Of a stretch of 64,000 nt of DNA, positions 42,449-55,560 are shown piece after piece (the first letter of the stretch is position 1; every line of letters begins with the position of its first letter). Position numbers and translations under genes: made by a program. This stretch comes from Macrostomum lignano (taxonomy: Eukaryota), in NCBI GenBank assembly GCA_002269645.1, contig NIVC01002300.1, positions 121,535 through 185,534 of the forward strand. The letters run 5' to 3'. The notes beneath the pieces are model-generated. The model made no database searches, was not told the DNA's origin, and saw only the letters and a program-made list of their open reading frames with translations.

Positions 42449-43012
42449 GTACTTAGCTAGGGAATTCTCTATAGGAACTTAGTAGGGAATTCCCTATATG
42501 AACTAAGTACTTAGCTAGGGAATTCTCTATAGGAACTTAGTAGGGAATTCCCTATAGGAACTAAGTACTTAGCTAGGGAATTCCCTGTAGAAACTGAGTA
42601 GTTAGCTAGGGAATTCAATATAGAAACTAAGTGGTTAGCTAGGGAATTCCCTATAGGAACTCAGTAGTTAGCTAGGGAATTCTCTATAGGAACTCAGTAG
42701 TTAGATAGGGAATTCCCTATAGGAACTCAGTAGTTAGATAGGGAATTCCCTATAGGAACTCAGTAGTTAGATAGGGAATTCCCTATAGGAACTCAGTAGT
42801 TAGATAGGGAATTCCCTATAGGAACTCAGTAGTTAGATAGGGAATTCCCTATAGGAACTCAGTAGTTAGATAGGGAATTCCCTATAGGAACTCAGTAGTT
42901 AGATAGGGAATTCCCTATAGGAACTCAGTAGTTAGATAGGGAATTCCCTATAGGAACTCAGTAGTTAGATAGGGAATTCCCTATAGGAACTCAGTAGTTA
43001 GCTAGGGAATTC
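42449..43012. repeat. 33-bp minisatellite with a palindromic core (ATAGGGAATTCCCTAT), about 18 cores
   Basis: Direct reading. Begins about 40 bp after the channel stop codon. Confidence 0.96.
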
Positions 43013-43812
43013 CTCGTGGCAATTTGCTGAACAAATGAAAAATCCTTATTATTGCAATGTGTAGCTAAGTGGGAAGTCTTTTGAGTAAGTCTTTTACCCA
43101 GCAGAGGAATTCCGCTAATTAGGGCTTATTTAACTGTGCAAGGAATTGAGAGTTCCCCAAACCTGACTAAACCAGTCGCGCAGCAGGCTATTTAACTGCA
43201 AATATTAACTGTCAATATCTGTTTATATTAAATCACGAAATGATTAAAATTTACACGAATCAAATGAGAAAAGATATACATATATTTTTAAATAAAAACT
43301 TGCTATTTACTACTAACTAATGCCTCAAAGTAGAATCAAAATATATATTTTTAAAATATTATTGCTATATTTTTAATTCAAGAATACGTAATGCGGCTAA
43401 TGCACTTTTTCGCTACTCATAGTAAGGTAGAAGTAAAAAACAGCAAAATCGCACCGTGACCGGCAAAATAATCAATTTTTCTACGATGCAGGCCAAACTT
43501 AAGGCAGATATTGATAATGCATCCGGCACATGATAATCTTAAGCACCTTGACAGTCATTGTTAAACGGCTCTTACACTCTTAAATTTTCGTAAATCTACT
43601 TTATGTACTTTGTCTCCATTAAATAAACAACACGAATAAACAAATAAAAGCACGTAGTATTAAAAATAACTACTAAATTGACTGATTTGATGCTTTTCAT
43701 TAAACAAATTAGATTAAATTAAACTAAAAATTATAATCCACTTTTTATAATTATAGCCGGTAGGTGTCGGTTGAAAATTTTGACAATCGAACAAACTAAC
43801 TGAAAAACATGT

Positions 43813-43899
<87 letters not shown>

Positions 43900-43906
43900 C
43901 ACACAC

Positions 43907-43956
<50 letters not shown>

Positions 43957-43980
43957 CGACAGACAGGCAGGCAGACAGAC
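43813..43980. repeat. (CAGA)n microsatellite
   Basis: Direct reading. Confidence 0.97.
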
Positions 43981-44052
43981 AGCTTTTTACGTCGTGAATT
44001 CAAGTCAGGTACAGAAGACAGCAGACAGCATGCCATCGGCAAGCGTCGGCAG

Positions 44053-47000
44053 TCAGCTGGAAAAGACGTCATCAGGGTCCTCCTCCACCGCGACCTTTTC
44101 TTCTGCTGCCTCCTCTGCTGGCGCATTCTGCGATTCGGCAGCCGGACGCGCCTTCAACACTTCCAGGCGAAGGTCGGCGGCCACGCGATCCCGCATCGCC
44201 GTCACCAAGCTGGCCCGCGCCGACTGGTCGGCGGCTGACGACCGGCGCTTCGGCCTGCGCTCCCGCTGCCAGTGCGGCAGCTCCTCGGACTGCGGCCGGC
44301 AGTACCGCTTGGCAATCCAGTCGAACAGATAGTGCAGGGCGAACACCAACGGGCTGGCGACATTGTACGGCACCGGTAGCGGCATCAGCTGGTGATGATG
44401 CACCATGATGAAGCGCAGCATCCGCCTGGTTCTAGCATACAGCCAGCTGTTGTCTTTGTCCTCTTGAATGTGCTGGAAAGTCACAGACATCATAGCGATG
44501 AGGAGGTTGACGCAAACAATGAACCCGAGTACCATCCAGCTGGCGTACAGAATCAGACCTGAAATCGTTGAGGAGATGGGTTCTCTGGTCTGAAGTGACA
44601 TTGTCATTCTGCCGACTCCCCTGAGCACTGCAGGCACACAAGCGCGCGGATACGTACGCAGTCATACGCACAGGCACACCACTCACACAGGAGTGTACAG
44701 CGGTCCTAACTTTATTTATCGTTAGGCATGTACACTTCACTGTGCCCTGAACTGAGGGTTTGGCCTGTTTGGTCATTAGGTAAAACACTTTATCCTCTAC
44801 AATTGGGTTTCTGACAGTTTCTCATAAATTTTAGTTGTAGTGCCAATCTCACTGTAAACTGTGTGCCCGACTAGTCTCGAGATGATGGAGTCTGGGTTGC
44901 TAGGAAGACTTTTGCGTTTGGAGGTTGTGGGTGCTTTGTAAGCGGTGTTGTTTATTTGCTCCAAATGTTTTTGTATTTCTTATATTATCAGATTTAGTAA
45001 CCGTTATACCCTCCTAATACCAAACATTCGTTCAAGAAGCCGAAAGGCTGTCCTACACGTTCTGCTGCTTCTGTCTTCATAACTTTGCCTGACCCCCAAC
45101 GACATGATCTCAGAGACAATCTTGATTCACTGTCTGACTAATCTGGTGCCTACCGATCAGTAGGGCGAACTTCACAGCCATGAGCGGGTCAAAGTACTGC
45201 GTCCAGGTATCTCCGGCGTCCTTCAACTCGTTGTCGTCCGAATTCGTCATGCCGAACATCGCCCAGAAAAACTGGATCGCCACAGTAGAAAATGTTTTGC
45301 CAAAACCGCTGGTTCCGCAGACAAAATTCCTATAGGAGTTGGTCATGGCAGTTGTGTAGGCGATGAACACAATGAACAGGACGGAGACAAACTTCAGCAC
45401 GTCTTTCATCATGCTCTGCACAGTGAGTGCCAGCACGCCCATTGTCTTCTGCCAGACAAAGACATTTACGAGAGAGGTGTACAGGAACAGATTTCCTGAA
45501 AGCGGTGAGTGCGAGGATATGATAAAACCAATGTTGCAGAATTTTTACAATTGTGGTGGTTTACCTACCAAAACCGGTGACAGAGTTCACATAGAACACA
45601 GGTTCCATGAGCAGTTGCAGCGTTGTTAGCTCGTGAGGCTGTAAAATTGTGAGGATGTCGCACAGTGAAATGGCGGACCGATTAGCCGAGCACAATGACT
45701 GCCGAAAACTGGGCATCTCCGACGTGTAGCGCTTGGCGGTCTCAAACCAGATGATGAGGAACAGCAGCGATGAGAAGTGCAGCGCGAGGCTCAAGCTGAG
45801 CAAATAGTCAAACATGCTCACGTAGAACTGCCGGCCAGACATCAGACTGAGGTTGTATGCCTCGTCAATGATTCTGGCGATGATGAAGGCCAGACAAAAA
45901 GTCTGCAACTGCATATAGGTGTCGCTGGAATTGAAGCAGATGATTGAGCGGACGTCGCTCGAAGATGAAATGTTGGCTCCGACGAACACGGCAATTAGAT
46001 AAGTTACTATGGAAACCACCTCCATCAGGGCGAGAATCCGGGCCGATCGAAGGAACTTGATGAGCCGCGGATGCGGGAAAATGATGGAGATTGGCGTGAG
46101 AACTGCGAAGGCGAACGCGCAGACGAACAGCATCTTGACGAAGCCGATGACTGACCACATGTCACCAAGGAACTCGGAGCCAGCTGAGAACTGGGCATCG
46201 ACCACAGTCTGCGTCGCCCTGTGCACCACGGCTTTGTTCAGACGGAACTGCGCGAACATCAGCGTGCGGCCTGGTATGTGTGTGATTGTGCCGCAGTCAG
46301 TGGACAGTAGCTCATGTGTGCCAAATACCAAGCAATTCATACCAGTACAAGTGATTTGAAAAGGTTAATAATCTGAAAGACATAATCTGACTTAACCAAC
46401 CGAGATGCTTGCTGTATCGGTTGGTGCAGTCGATGAGGTCTTCCTCAACATCGTCCAGCAGCAGCTGTCGGGCCTCGCTGTCGCTAGTCGTCTGCTCGAG
46501 CATCAGAGTCAGACAGGCGCTGATGTTTCGCTTGCTCTGCTTGTAGGCTTTCAGCAGGTTCTGCCGGATGAGTGTCAGACGCACGTGCACCAGCCGGGCG
46601 GCCATGCGGAGGCAGTAGGCCACCGGATCCTCGTCTAGGGCGAACACGTACAGGGGTGCCACGGCGCACGGGTACACCTCTAGCACGTATACCTTGGTGC
46701 GGAAACATAGGCTGTGTTGCACTTCTGACTGAAGCACTCCTAGGAGATATTCTGCTTCATCTACATTTTATATGCTAAGTATGCACAGCATCTTTGGCTC
46801 GAAATTGAAATCTCGGCTTGGCTCTGCTCGTGCAGTTAACGTCTTTGAAGGCCAACCTCCAAGGCACAGTAAAGTTTACATGCCTAACGATAAATAAAGT
46901 CAGGGCCACTGTACACTCCTGTGTGAGTGTGTGTCTGTGCGTATGACTGCGTACGTATCTGCGCGATTGTGTGCCTGCTCAAAGGAGTCGGCGGAATGGG

Positions 47001-47561
47001 CAGTAATGCTTCTCGCCGGTTGTGTGACAATGTCGCTTAAAGTGCACTAGGGTGCATATAGCCCCCTGCCTCTAATGAAGAAGGGCCGATGTACATCCGG
47101 TACGTACGTATCCGTGTGTGTGCACGCGCTCAGGGGGCTGCGGAGTCGACTGTCGCTGACGCATAAATGTGCCATAGTGCCCGAATATCCCCTGCGAATA
47201 TCCCCTGCGTGTGACAATGACTTAACCAACAAAGACCAACCTGATGAGACCGAGGATCGGCCGAAATGTTAGCGCAGATGCTGCACTCGCAACTGTCCGG
47301 GTTCCAATGGTAGAACGGCAGCCGGACATGCAGCTCCCGCACCAGGTAGCTCACAATGGCCGGGCGCTTCTCGTTGATGGCCAGAATGAGACAGGCCTGC
47401 CAGTTGACGGTCTCCTTGGCCACCTTGGCGACCATGATCTTGAGGTTGGCCAGCTTGTTCAACCGGATGCAGTGGCGCAGATTGGCATCCAACAGCAGGC
47501 GGACTTTCTCTTCAATCTCCGAGTCGGCATTGGTCAGCATCTGCAGAGTGCCTGGGTCCAT
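44053..47561 (-). CDS. TRPC-like cation channel, paralog B; complement join(47561..47241,46692..46401,46270..45569,45495..45154,44558..44053), 720 aa
   Basis: TRP_2-like H..DSCECSIC motif, DEDPVAYC linker, multiple TM helices, MMKDVLKF S4-S5 linker, pore helix FFWAMFG, S6 VNLLIAM, TRP-box-like SWLYAR. All introns are GT-AG and phase-compatible (2163 nt). Confidence 0.9.
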
Positions 47562-48619
47562 GGCTCAGCGCTGGTCTGTGTCCGGAGAACTTTAAAAATT
47601 TTAAAATCCGCTTATGTCGATACAGTTTCAGTGCACACTTACTTAAATTCTGGATCAGTGGCCAGCGATCAATAAAGAATTTCTTTGCTCTGTCTACAGT
47701 CTGTTGCATTGTGCTGCATGGCCAAGTCTTGCACTGAGTACAGTGACTTGTCCAACTGTACGGAAGTCGGTTAGGTGCAACAATAGGAACGAAACGATCT
47801 GCGTCCCCTCAAGCCAAAGTATTCAACTCTTCCTGTTAGCCCGCAGTAACGCCTTTCGCCTTCTTGGTCCGGTTTTTTTTAATAAAATTCTCCCCTCCCC
47901 CTACTTTTCAGTCTATGCAAGCCCTGAGCAGGGGGGGGGCGGCTGTGCAAGTCAGTCAGACAGCAAGTCAAAGCATAAAGCAAAGCCACCGTATATGGCA
48001 GAGAATTTCTGACGTAAATCGATTCCAGCAAACACGAAAGTGCCAGGTTTTTGTGGAGTATCTGCAAAGACTGCAACAACCAGCAATGAAATCGAAGTGT
48101 GCGAATAATTCTAATAAAATTAAATCTGTACTGAATTATGTTTATTTATGATACAGATACGCCATACTCAATAATGTACCAAAATGGAGAGTTAGAATTT
48201 CTAGCGAACTTGTGAAAGGCTGCAAAGAAAGTAATACGCAATTTACATCAATTACAATTTCTGTAGAGAGCCATGTCTAAAGGAGACATCTTCATAATTA
48301 AACTAAACACAAAGAACAAAGGATCGAGAAGGACAGGTGGAAATATAGAATAATGTAACAACTCTGGATAATTGTGGGCAATTCTTTTTGAGGACCTAAT
48401 TTTGATTGAAATTTATTATCAATATGGAAGTTCGTAATTTCTTTAGTATTGTTAGCACTGTATAGACCATTTCTCATCATCTGAGCCAGCTTGTATATGC
48501 ATCAGTGGCGGTACGCAGAGGGGATATCGGGACGTCGAGGCCACTCGACAAGTGACAGGAGATCAACTTTTATCACCTCTTAAAAGCGGCATTCACCGAC
48601 TTAAGAGACAGGGGTAGGG

Positions 48620-49052
48620 GCACCTAACAAGAGACAGGGGCGCCCACCAAGACACAGGGGCACCCACCAAAAGACAGGGGTGCCCACCAAGACACAGGAG
48701 TGTCCACCAAGACACAGGGGTGCCCACCAAGACACAGGGGTGCCCACCAAGACACAGGGGTGCCCACCAAGAGACAGGGGCGCCCACCAAGAGACAGGGG
48801 TGCCCACCAAGAGACAGGGGCGCCCACCAAGACACAGGGGTGCCCACCAAGAGACAGGGGCGCCCACCAAGACACAGGGGTGCCCACCAAGACACAGGGG
48901 TGCCCACCAAGAGACAGGGGCGCCCACCAAGAGACAGGGGCGCCCACCAAGAGACAGGGGCGCCCACCAAGACACAGGGGTGCCCACCAAGAGACAGGGG
49001 CACCCACCAAGACACAGGGGTGCCCACCAAGACACAGGGGCGCCCACAAAGA
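48620..49052. repeat. 20-bp minisatellite (CCCACCAAGA[C/G]ACAGGGG[T/C]G); a smaller patch lies at about 49790-49905
   Basis: Direct reading. Confidence 0.95.
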
Positions 49053-49141
49053 CACCAAATATACATGTAGATTCGATAATGCTAAAGTACTAAGTCCTCT
49101 TAAAGGTCCTTGATCAGCACTGCATGCGACAATTCAGTCGG

Positions 49142-52100
49142 TTATGAAACGATAAACACGCTGTCAAAATAGTCTTCGTTCACTGCAGCACCTGCTGAGT
49201 CGCGCTTGTGACCCTCCTGCCCCACCGAGTTCGAAATTGTGGAAACATGCCGCTCCAGTCGGAGGTCCGCTGCCACCCTGTCTCGCAGGAGATCCACTAG
49301 TCGGCGTCGTTCAACACTCTTGGTGAGGTCGGAATGAAGTTTCGGCAGCTGATTCTCTATTGTGCGTCGCAGTACAACTGTGTTGAGCAGGTGGTGCAGG
49401 AGGAACACCAACGGGCTGGCGACATTGTACGGCACCGGTAGCGGCATCAGCTGGTGATGATGCACCATGATGAAGCGCAGCATCCGCCTGGTTCTAGCAT
49501 ACAGCCAGCTGTTGTCTTTGTCTTCCTGGATCTTCTGGAAGGTCACCGCCAGCATGGCAATCAGGAGGTTGACGCAAACAACGAATCCAAGCACCATCCA
49601 GCTGGCGTACAGAATCAGACCTGAATTTTTAAAATTTCATAATTTAATTTAGGGACTACTGTTAGTAGGACTGCGAGCTACAATCAAATGCAGTAGCATT
49701 CATACGTACGTTTTTTGAAACTTTTTTTTCCAAAATTATGAAATTTAGCCTCCTGTCAAGGGGGGAGGGTGACAAGCGGCACACACAGGAGCGCCCACCA
49801 AGACACAGGGGCGCCCGCTAAGAGACAGGGGCGCCCGCTAAGAGACAGGGGCGCTCGCTAAGAGACAGGGGCGCCCACCAATAGACAGAGGCGCCCACCA
49901 AGACTTCTGGAAAGAGGGGCATCAAGCCTGCTGGCAACGGGTCGTCACATGCTTTGCCAGCCGATTGGGAGGGGGAAGGGCGCGGCCCCCTTTACCCAAC
50001 CCCCCTGACTACGCCCTTGTCTGCCGCTGTCTTCTGGCAGATGTCCAATAACTAAAAACTTACGAGCTATAAACAAAAAACTGAGACTTGTCAAAAAGTC
50101 AAGAAATAGGCAACTGCCGCGGAAAATCCTCAAATGCCAAGAACTTAAAATAAGAATGAGTCTCAAAATTTTAATTTCAATTGTATGGCCCAGAAACCCT
50201 GGCAGGAGAAAGGCTTTTAAATCGACGCTAACTCGGTCAAGCAGAGCCTGCAACTCACCCAAGACGCCAGTAAATTGCACCGACATCAACGGGGCAAAGT
50301 AGCTGTCCCAGGTGACCCCAGCGCCTGTAACTTTGTAGTCTGCAGCCTGGGTCATGCCGAACATGGCCCAGAAGAACTCTATGGCCACAGAGGAGAATGT
50401 GATGCCGAATGCGCTCGAGCCGCAGGTGTAGTTCCGGTACAGATTGGTCATGGCTGTGGTGAATGCGACGAACACAATGAAGAGCACGCAGACGAATTTC
50501 GCCACATCTTTCATCATGCTCTGGACAGTGATAGCCAGTACGCCCATTGTCTTCTGCCAGACGAAGATGTTTCCCAGAGATATGAACAGAAATAGGTTGC
50601 CTGTAAATGCGAGCATGTCTTACTGTAATGTTGACGAATCCTGGATGTCAGTGTACATGTAAAACTTTATCCTTTTGTGGTTATTTTTATTTAAAAACTG
50701 TCAGCATCTATTATTTCATTTTTAATCTGGGACTTGTAATCTAGACTTTTTCGTGTTGTTCAGCCCTTGTAGCCTTGGAGCTAGAACGTCTGACTCACGA
50801 ATGAAATGTCGGGGGTTCGATCCCTGACCCACTCGGAACAATTTGTGTTCTTGAGCAGAACACTTAACTCTACATTGCTTTAGTTCTCCTGGCTGTAAAA
50901 TGGGTGCCAGCATTAGCTGGGGTCATTGAGGATGTGTGTGGCGAAACCCCCCCAGTCTGAACAGCCGTGGACTGAACAGCCGTACGCAGCCTTCAGATGC
51001 TCAGCGCAATAGCTGCGGCTGAGCTGTCGGTTGAACATCTGGCCATTAGGGCAGGTGTAATGTAACAACAGCCTTCCTTCCTGGTGTCTTTAATCATGGA
51101 TTCTTTCGGCCTTGCGTCTGCATCAAATTCAGTTGTCATTTTCGGCGAATTTTCGGCGAAGTACTCGTAGTACTTAAAACAAGGTCTTCAAGAGGTCCTT
51201 AACAAGATAGATTTCAACGAAACCACAATATTTTGTCGTTTTGTGCAAATTTTAACCGGCGAAAATCATCGATATCTTTTCGGTGTGTATCGGTGCTATC
51301 AGTGCTAGAGTATGGTGCCCTCTATTCTGGTGCAGGAATGTCAAGCCGACCCAGGGGTTCACGTTCCTCATGTGTTCAAGGCAGTTCTAGGGCTGCTGGA
51401 CTGACTGGGCTTCGGCGGTGGCAACCCATCCGTGGCCTTGGCTTTTGTCTTGGCCGATTTGGGTACAGACTCCACCCGAAAGTGAACCCGTGCGCATCAG
51501 GTACCTCTCGCCACGGCTCTGAGGAACAGGTATCACCCTCTGACCTTAAAAAGGTATGCGGCCAGTCCGCAGGCTCCGGAGACAGCCTTTTGTTCTCCCT
51601 CAAGGGCCCAGTGTAGCACCGCGCTGATGGTCTTTGGTCCTTTGGTTCGGCCTCTGGTTTCTCCAAGCCGGGGCTCTTAGCCGGGGAGTTTCTCGGTTGC
51701 TAGCGGTCGGGTTTTGGGTTACGGCCCAGCAGCTTCTCACCTCCAGTCCCCACTCGCCTGCTGCCCGTGGTCGCCAGGGCTTAGCGAAATGAGCGGAAAC
51801 GCCTCCTCGTTGCACCCGGATGCACGGAGCCCCCTGTAGCTTGGTAAGTCAAGTAAGTAAAAAATTGGTGCTATCAACACATATTTACCAACGGCAGTGA
51901 CCGAATTCACGTAGAACACCGGCTCCATGAGGATGTTCACCGAGGCCAAGTCGGTGCTGTCCAGCACTCCCAGCAGGTCGCACAGAGGCACACTGGACTG
52001 GTTGCCTGAGCACAGGTGCTGCCGAAATATTGGCACCGTGGCTCCGAAACGGTTCACCTCGTCAGACCAGATGATGAGGAACAGCAGCGACGAGAAGTGC

Positions 52101-53981
52101 AGCGCGAGGCTCACGCTGAGCAGATAGTCAAACATGCTCACGTAGAACTGCCTGCCTGTCATAAGGCTGAGATTGTAGGCCTCATCAATGATTCTAGCGA
52201 TGATGAATGTCAGGCCGAACATCTGCAGCTGCACATACGCGTCACTGATATCCGTGCAAACAATGGACTGCACATCGTTGCTGGAAGTGTTGGCCCCCAC
52301 CAGGACTAAAGCCATGTAGGTTGCTATGGAAACCACCTCCATCAAAGCGAGAATCCGGGCCGACCGAAGGAACTTGATGAGCCGCGGATGCGGGAAGATG
52401 ATGGAGATTGGCGTGAGAACTGCGAAGGCGAACGCGCAGACGAACAGCATCTTGACGAAGCCGATGACTGACCACATGTCGCCAAGGATCTCGGAGCCCA
52501 GAGAGAACTGAGCCTCGATCACTGTCTGCGTCGCTCGGTGCACAACCGCTTTGTTCAGACGGAACTGCGCGAACATCAGCGCGCGTCCTAGCGTTGGAAA
52601 GATGAACACGTGTATTTGAATTTATTGGCACGAGTTTAAATGATAAAAGTGTGTCTATTTACTCACCAAGATGCTGGCTATACCGATCCACGCATTCAAT
52701 TAAGTCTTCCTCGACGTCGTCAAGCAGCAGTTGTTGCGCTTCTCGATCGCTGCCGGTCTGATCCAGTACGAGGCTCAGACAGGCGCCAATGTTCCTCTTG
52801 CTCTGTTTGTAGGCCTTGACCATGTTCTGGCTGGCCAGAGACAACCGGACACTGGCCAGCCGGGCGGCCATGCGCAGGCAGTAGGCCATGGGATCCTCGT
52901 CGAGTGAATACACGTAGAGAGGCGCCACAGCGCAAGGAAAAACCTCGAGAGCGTACACCTGAGAGTGGAAACGGTGGAAAGCATCGAGTCGTGAGCGAAG
53001 TCAATTAATGTCCTTCTTGAGAGCAGAGGAATTATTAGCAGTTACAAAGCAGCCTTTTTAGTTTAGACAAGGGTTTGGGAAAAATTTTTCTTCAAAGGAC
53101 CAGGTAGAGAATCTATCGCATGACTGCGTGCCAGAGGAGGAGAGAGAGGAGAGATAATAGTGAAGACGTCGAGAGATAGAAGAAAGGAAAAGCGAGAATA
53201 AAGGGGACGAAATAGGTGAGAGAAATAGAGAACAGAGGAGAGGAGAGAAGAGGAGAGGAGAGGAGAGGAGAGGAGAGGAGAGGAGAGGAGAGGAGAGGAG
53301 AGGAGAGGAGAGGAGAGGAGAGAGGAGAGGAGAGGAGAGGAGAGCAGAGGAGAGGAGAGGAGAGGAGAGGAGAGGAGAGGAGAGGAGAGGAGAGGAGAGG
53401 AGAGCAGAGGAGAGGAGAGGAGAGCAGAGAGAGAGAGGAGAGGAGAGCAGAGGAGAGGAGAGGAGAGGAGAGGAGAGGATAACAATTGTTGTGCTGAAAA
53501 ATGTAAACTTCCTATCTCCGTAGTGTATTTTTCGGTGAAAACCTGCCTCAAAAGCATTTTCTAATTTTACCACTAAGTTTCTCCACTCCCTAGAGGACTC
53601 CTGCCTCCTAGACCTTATTTTAACTACGAAGTACTTGAAGCTCTTTGCAACCAGTCAGCGTCACCTGATAGCAACGAATATCCTTAGAGATGCTTTTGCA
53701 GACGCTGCAGCCGCAGGTCTCCGCGTCCCAATGGTAGAACGGCAGCCGGACCTGCTGCTCCTGGACCAGATAGCTCACAATGGCTGGCCGCTTCTCATTG
53801 ATGGCCAGAATGAGGCAAGCCTGCCAGTTCACGGTCTCCTTTGTCACCTTAGCAACTAAAGCTTCAGTTTGGCCAGCTTATTCAATCGAATGCAGTGTCT
53901 GAGGTTGGCACTGAGAATCTCGCGGACTCCAGCGCTGATCTCGCTGTCCATCGACTGGTTCAGCAGAGACAGCGGATCCAT
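49142..53981 (-). CDS. TRPC-like cation channel, paralog A; complement join(53981..53665,52958..52667,52587..51889,50600..50259,49620..49142), about 709 aa, one frameshift in exon 1
   Basis: Same five-exon structure and phases as paralog B (exons 2 and 4 are the same lengths, 292 and 342 nt) and the same motifs. Alignment to B needs one extra base at the T run 53858-53860. Confidence 0.88.
50770..51065 (+). mobile_element. tRNA-derived SINE
   Basis: A-box-like TAGCCTTGGAGCTAG, B-box GGGTTCGATCCC, body GTGTTCTTGAGCAGAACACTTAAC. The 3' segment GCAATAGCTGCGGCTGAGCTGTCGGTTG.ACATCTGGCCATT is shared with the 41715-41910 copy. Confidence 0.78.
53225..53480. repeat. (GAGAG)n / AG-rich microsatellite
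   Basis: Direct reading. Confidence 0.96.
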
Positions 53982-54444
53982 GCTTGAGCAGTTCTCAACT
54001 TGGGGAGAAATCTTTCAATTTGGACAGTCCGGAAAAGGACCGCATGGCTTTTAAGTTGACTTTTTGAGACTGGTCCAGACTGGACCGGCTATTTTTAACT
54101 GCAGGATTTCGGTTCATTATTGTCTCGAATCGGATCCCCAGCTCTGGATTTGACTGGAGTAGGAAGGGGGGGTAAGGGCTGATCGCCCCACCCGCATCGA
54201 TTGGTTTTTATTGGGCGTCATGAGACTCGGCTCTGATCGCGGATAAGAGAGAAAGAAAGAGAGAATTTATGCCGGAAAACACAGCGAAGGAGAGAGAGAG
54301 AGAGAGATCGAGAGAGGTCAACGCTCAATAGTTGCTTCTAAAAGCAACGATTTCTTTCCCCGACCGGATTCAATATTGTTTGCCAATTGAAGGTCGACTG
54401 CAGGCGGAGTGGGGTGATCTTCCTTTTTATCATGGCATTTTTAG

Positions 54445-54901
54445 TAGGGATTGCAATCCCAGGATTGGGCCCAAATAGCAGGATCGGGAGTGCCGAATCC
54501 CGGGACAAATTTTTGTTATTATTTTTACAAGAGTTTTAATAATATGAACATAATTGGGCTCACAACAAGTTTATTATACTGCGCTAATTTCCTTAATTGC
54601 CTCACGTCGCATGGCGCCTTTTTAAACCCCGCATCACGGATTTAAATTTGAAATTTGTTTCAATGTAAATTTTGATATTTGATTTGCCTCTTTACTACTA
54701 ATTAGTACTTTTATACTACTTACTTAAATACATAATCATCTACAAATAAATAATTAACTCTGTAACAAATCAAAAATGGAAGCAAAAAAAATGTTTAGCG
54801 CACGCATATTTTGCTAAAAAATTTCAACCCAGAAGTTTAAAAATCTGTATTTTTCTGATCCCGGGATTGAATCCCGGGATTTGGGGATTTTGCAATCCCT
54901 A
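54445..54901. mobile_element. hAT-type MITE
   Basis: Termini TAGGGATTGCAA ... TTGCAATCCCTA. 8-bp flanks ATTTTTAG / ATTTTCAG (7/8 match). Subterminal ATCCCGGGAT motifs. Confidence 0.75.
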
Positions 54902-55560
54902 ATTTTCAGAGAGCGTACATGTAATTATTAAGAACTGTCATTTTCATTGAAACCTTGCTAATGCGGCAAGTGGCTCGGTCTATGCTTCTGGCATAATTAT
55001 ATTTTTGCATTATAGTGTGGGATTCGCTGTACTGAGTGGTTGAGCGGTACAAACACCAGAAAAAGCAGACAAACTTCAAATGCTTACAGTTCGATCTGTC
55101 CTGATTGAGTTGCAGAGGTGAGACTTATATGTATTTAGACAGAGAATGATCGAGTCAATGAAGAACTAGCTATTTCAAGTTTGAAGTCAATCGCTTGACG
55201 TGGAGCAAACTTATGGCAGCCGAAAGGTAGTCAATTTCCAAACCCCTTTTACACATCTGGCCAGATAAAGGAAGGGGGAGAGGCGGAGGTCGGGGTGGCT
55301 GTCTCGCTGACAAAACACAGACTAAATTTAAAAGTGCACAGCGCCGTTCAGGATTAACTTTGAGATTCGAAATTTTTCACGATCGTGTCAAAATAGTTGA
55401 AGATTGTTTGTGCAAAAATTTGAAGAGGACTAGTAAAAGTGGAGCAACGCTATTGGATTGTTAAGTGAAAAATGCACTTTTTAAAGAACTTTTTGCACTT
55501 TTCGGTATAGGAAGGCTTGAATTTAGGAAATTTTAAGGTAAGCCTGAAACTTTACTTAGT

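Noticed and set aside
42449-43012. CRISPR array
   Set aside because: The sequence between the palindromes is itself repeated (no unique spacers), there are no cas genes, and the context is eukaryotic.
47236-47300. Hammerhead ribozyme-like CTGATGA...hairpin...GAAA on the plus strand
   Set aside because: Stems I and III cannot be formed with the flanking sequence. It is the antisense of a TRP exon end.
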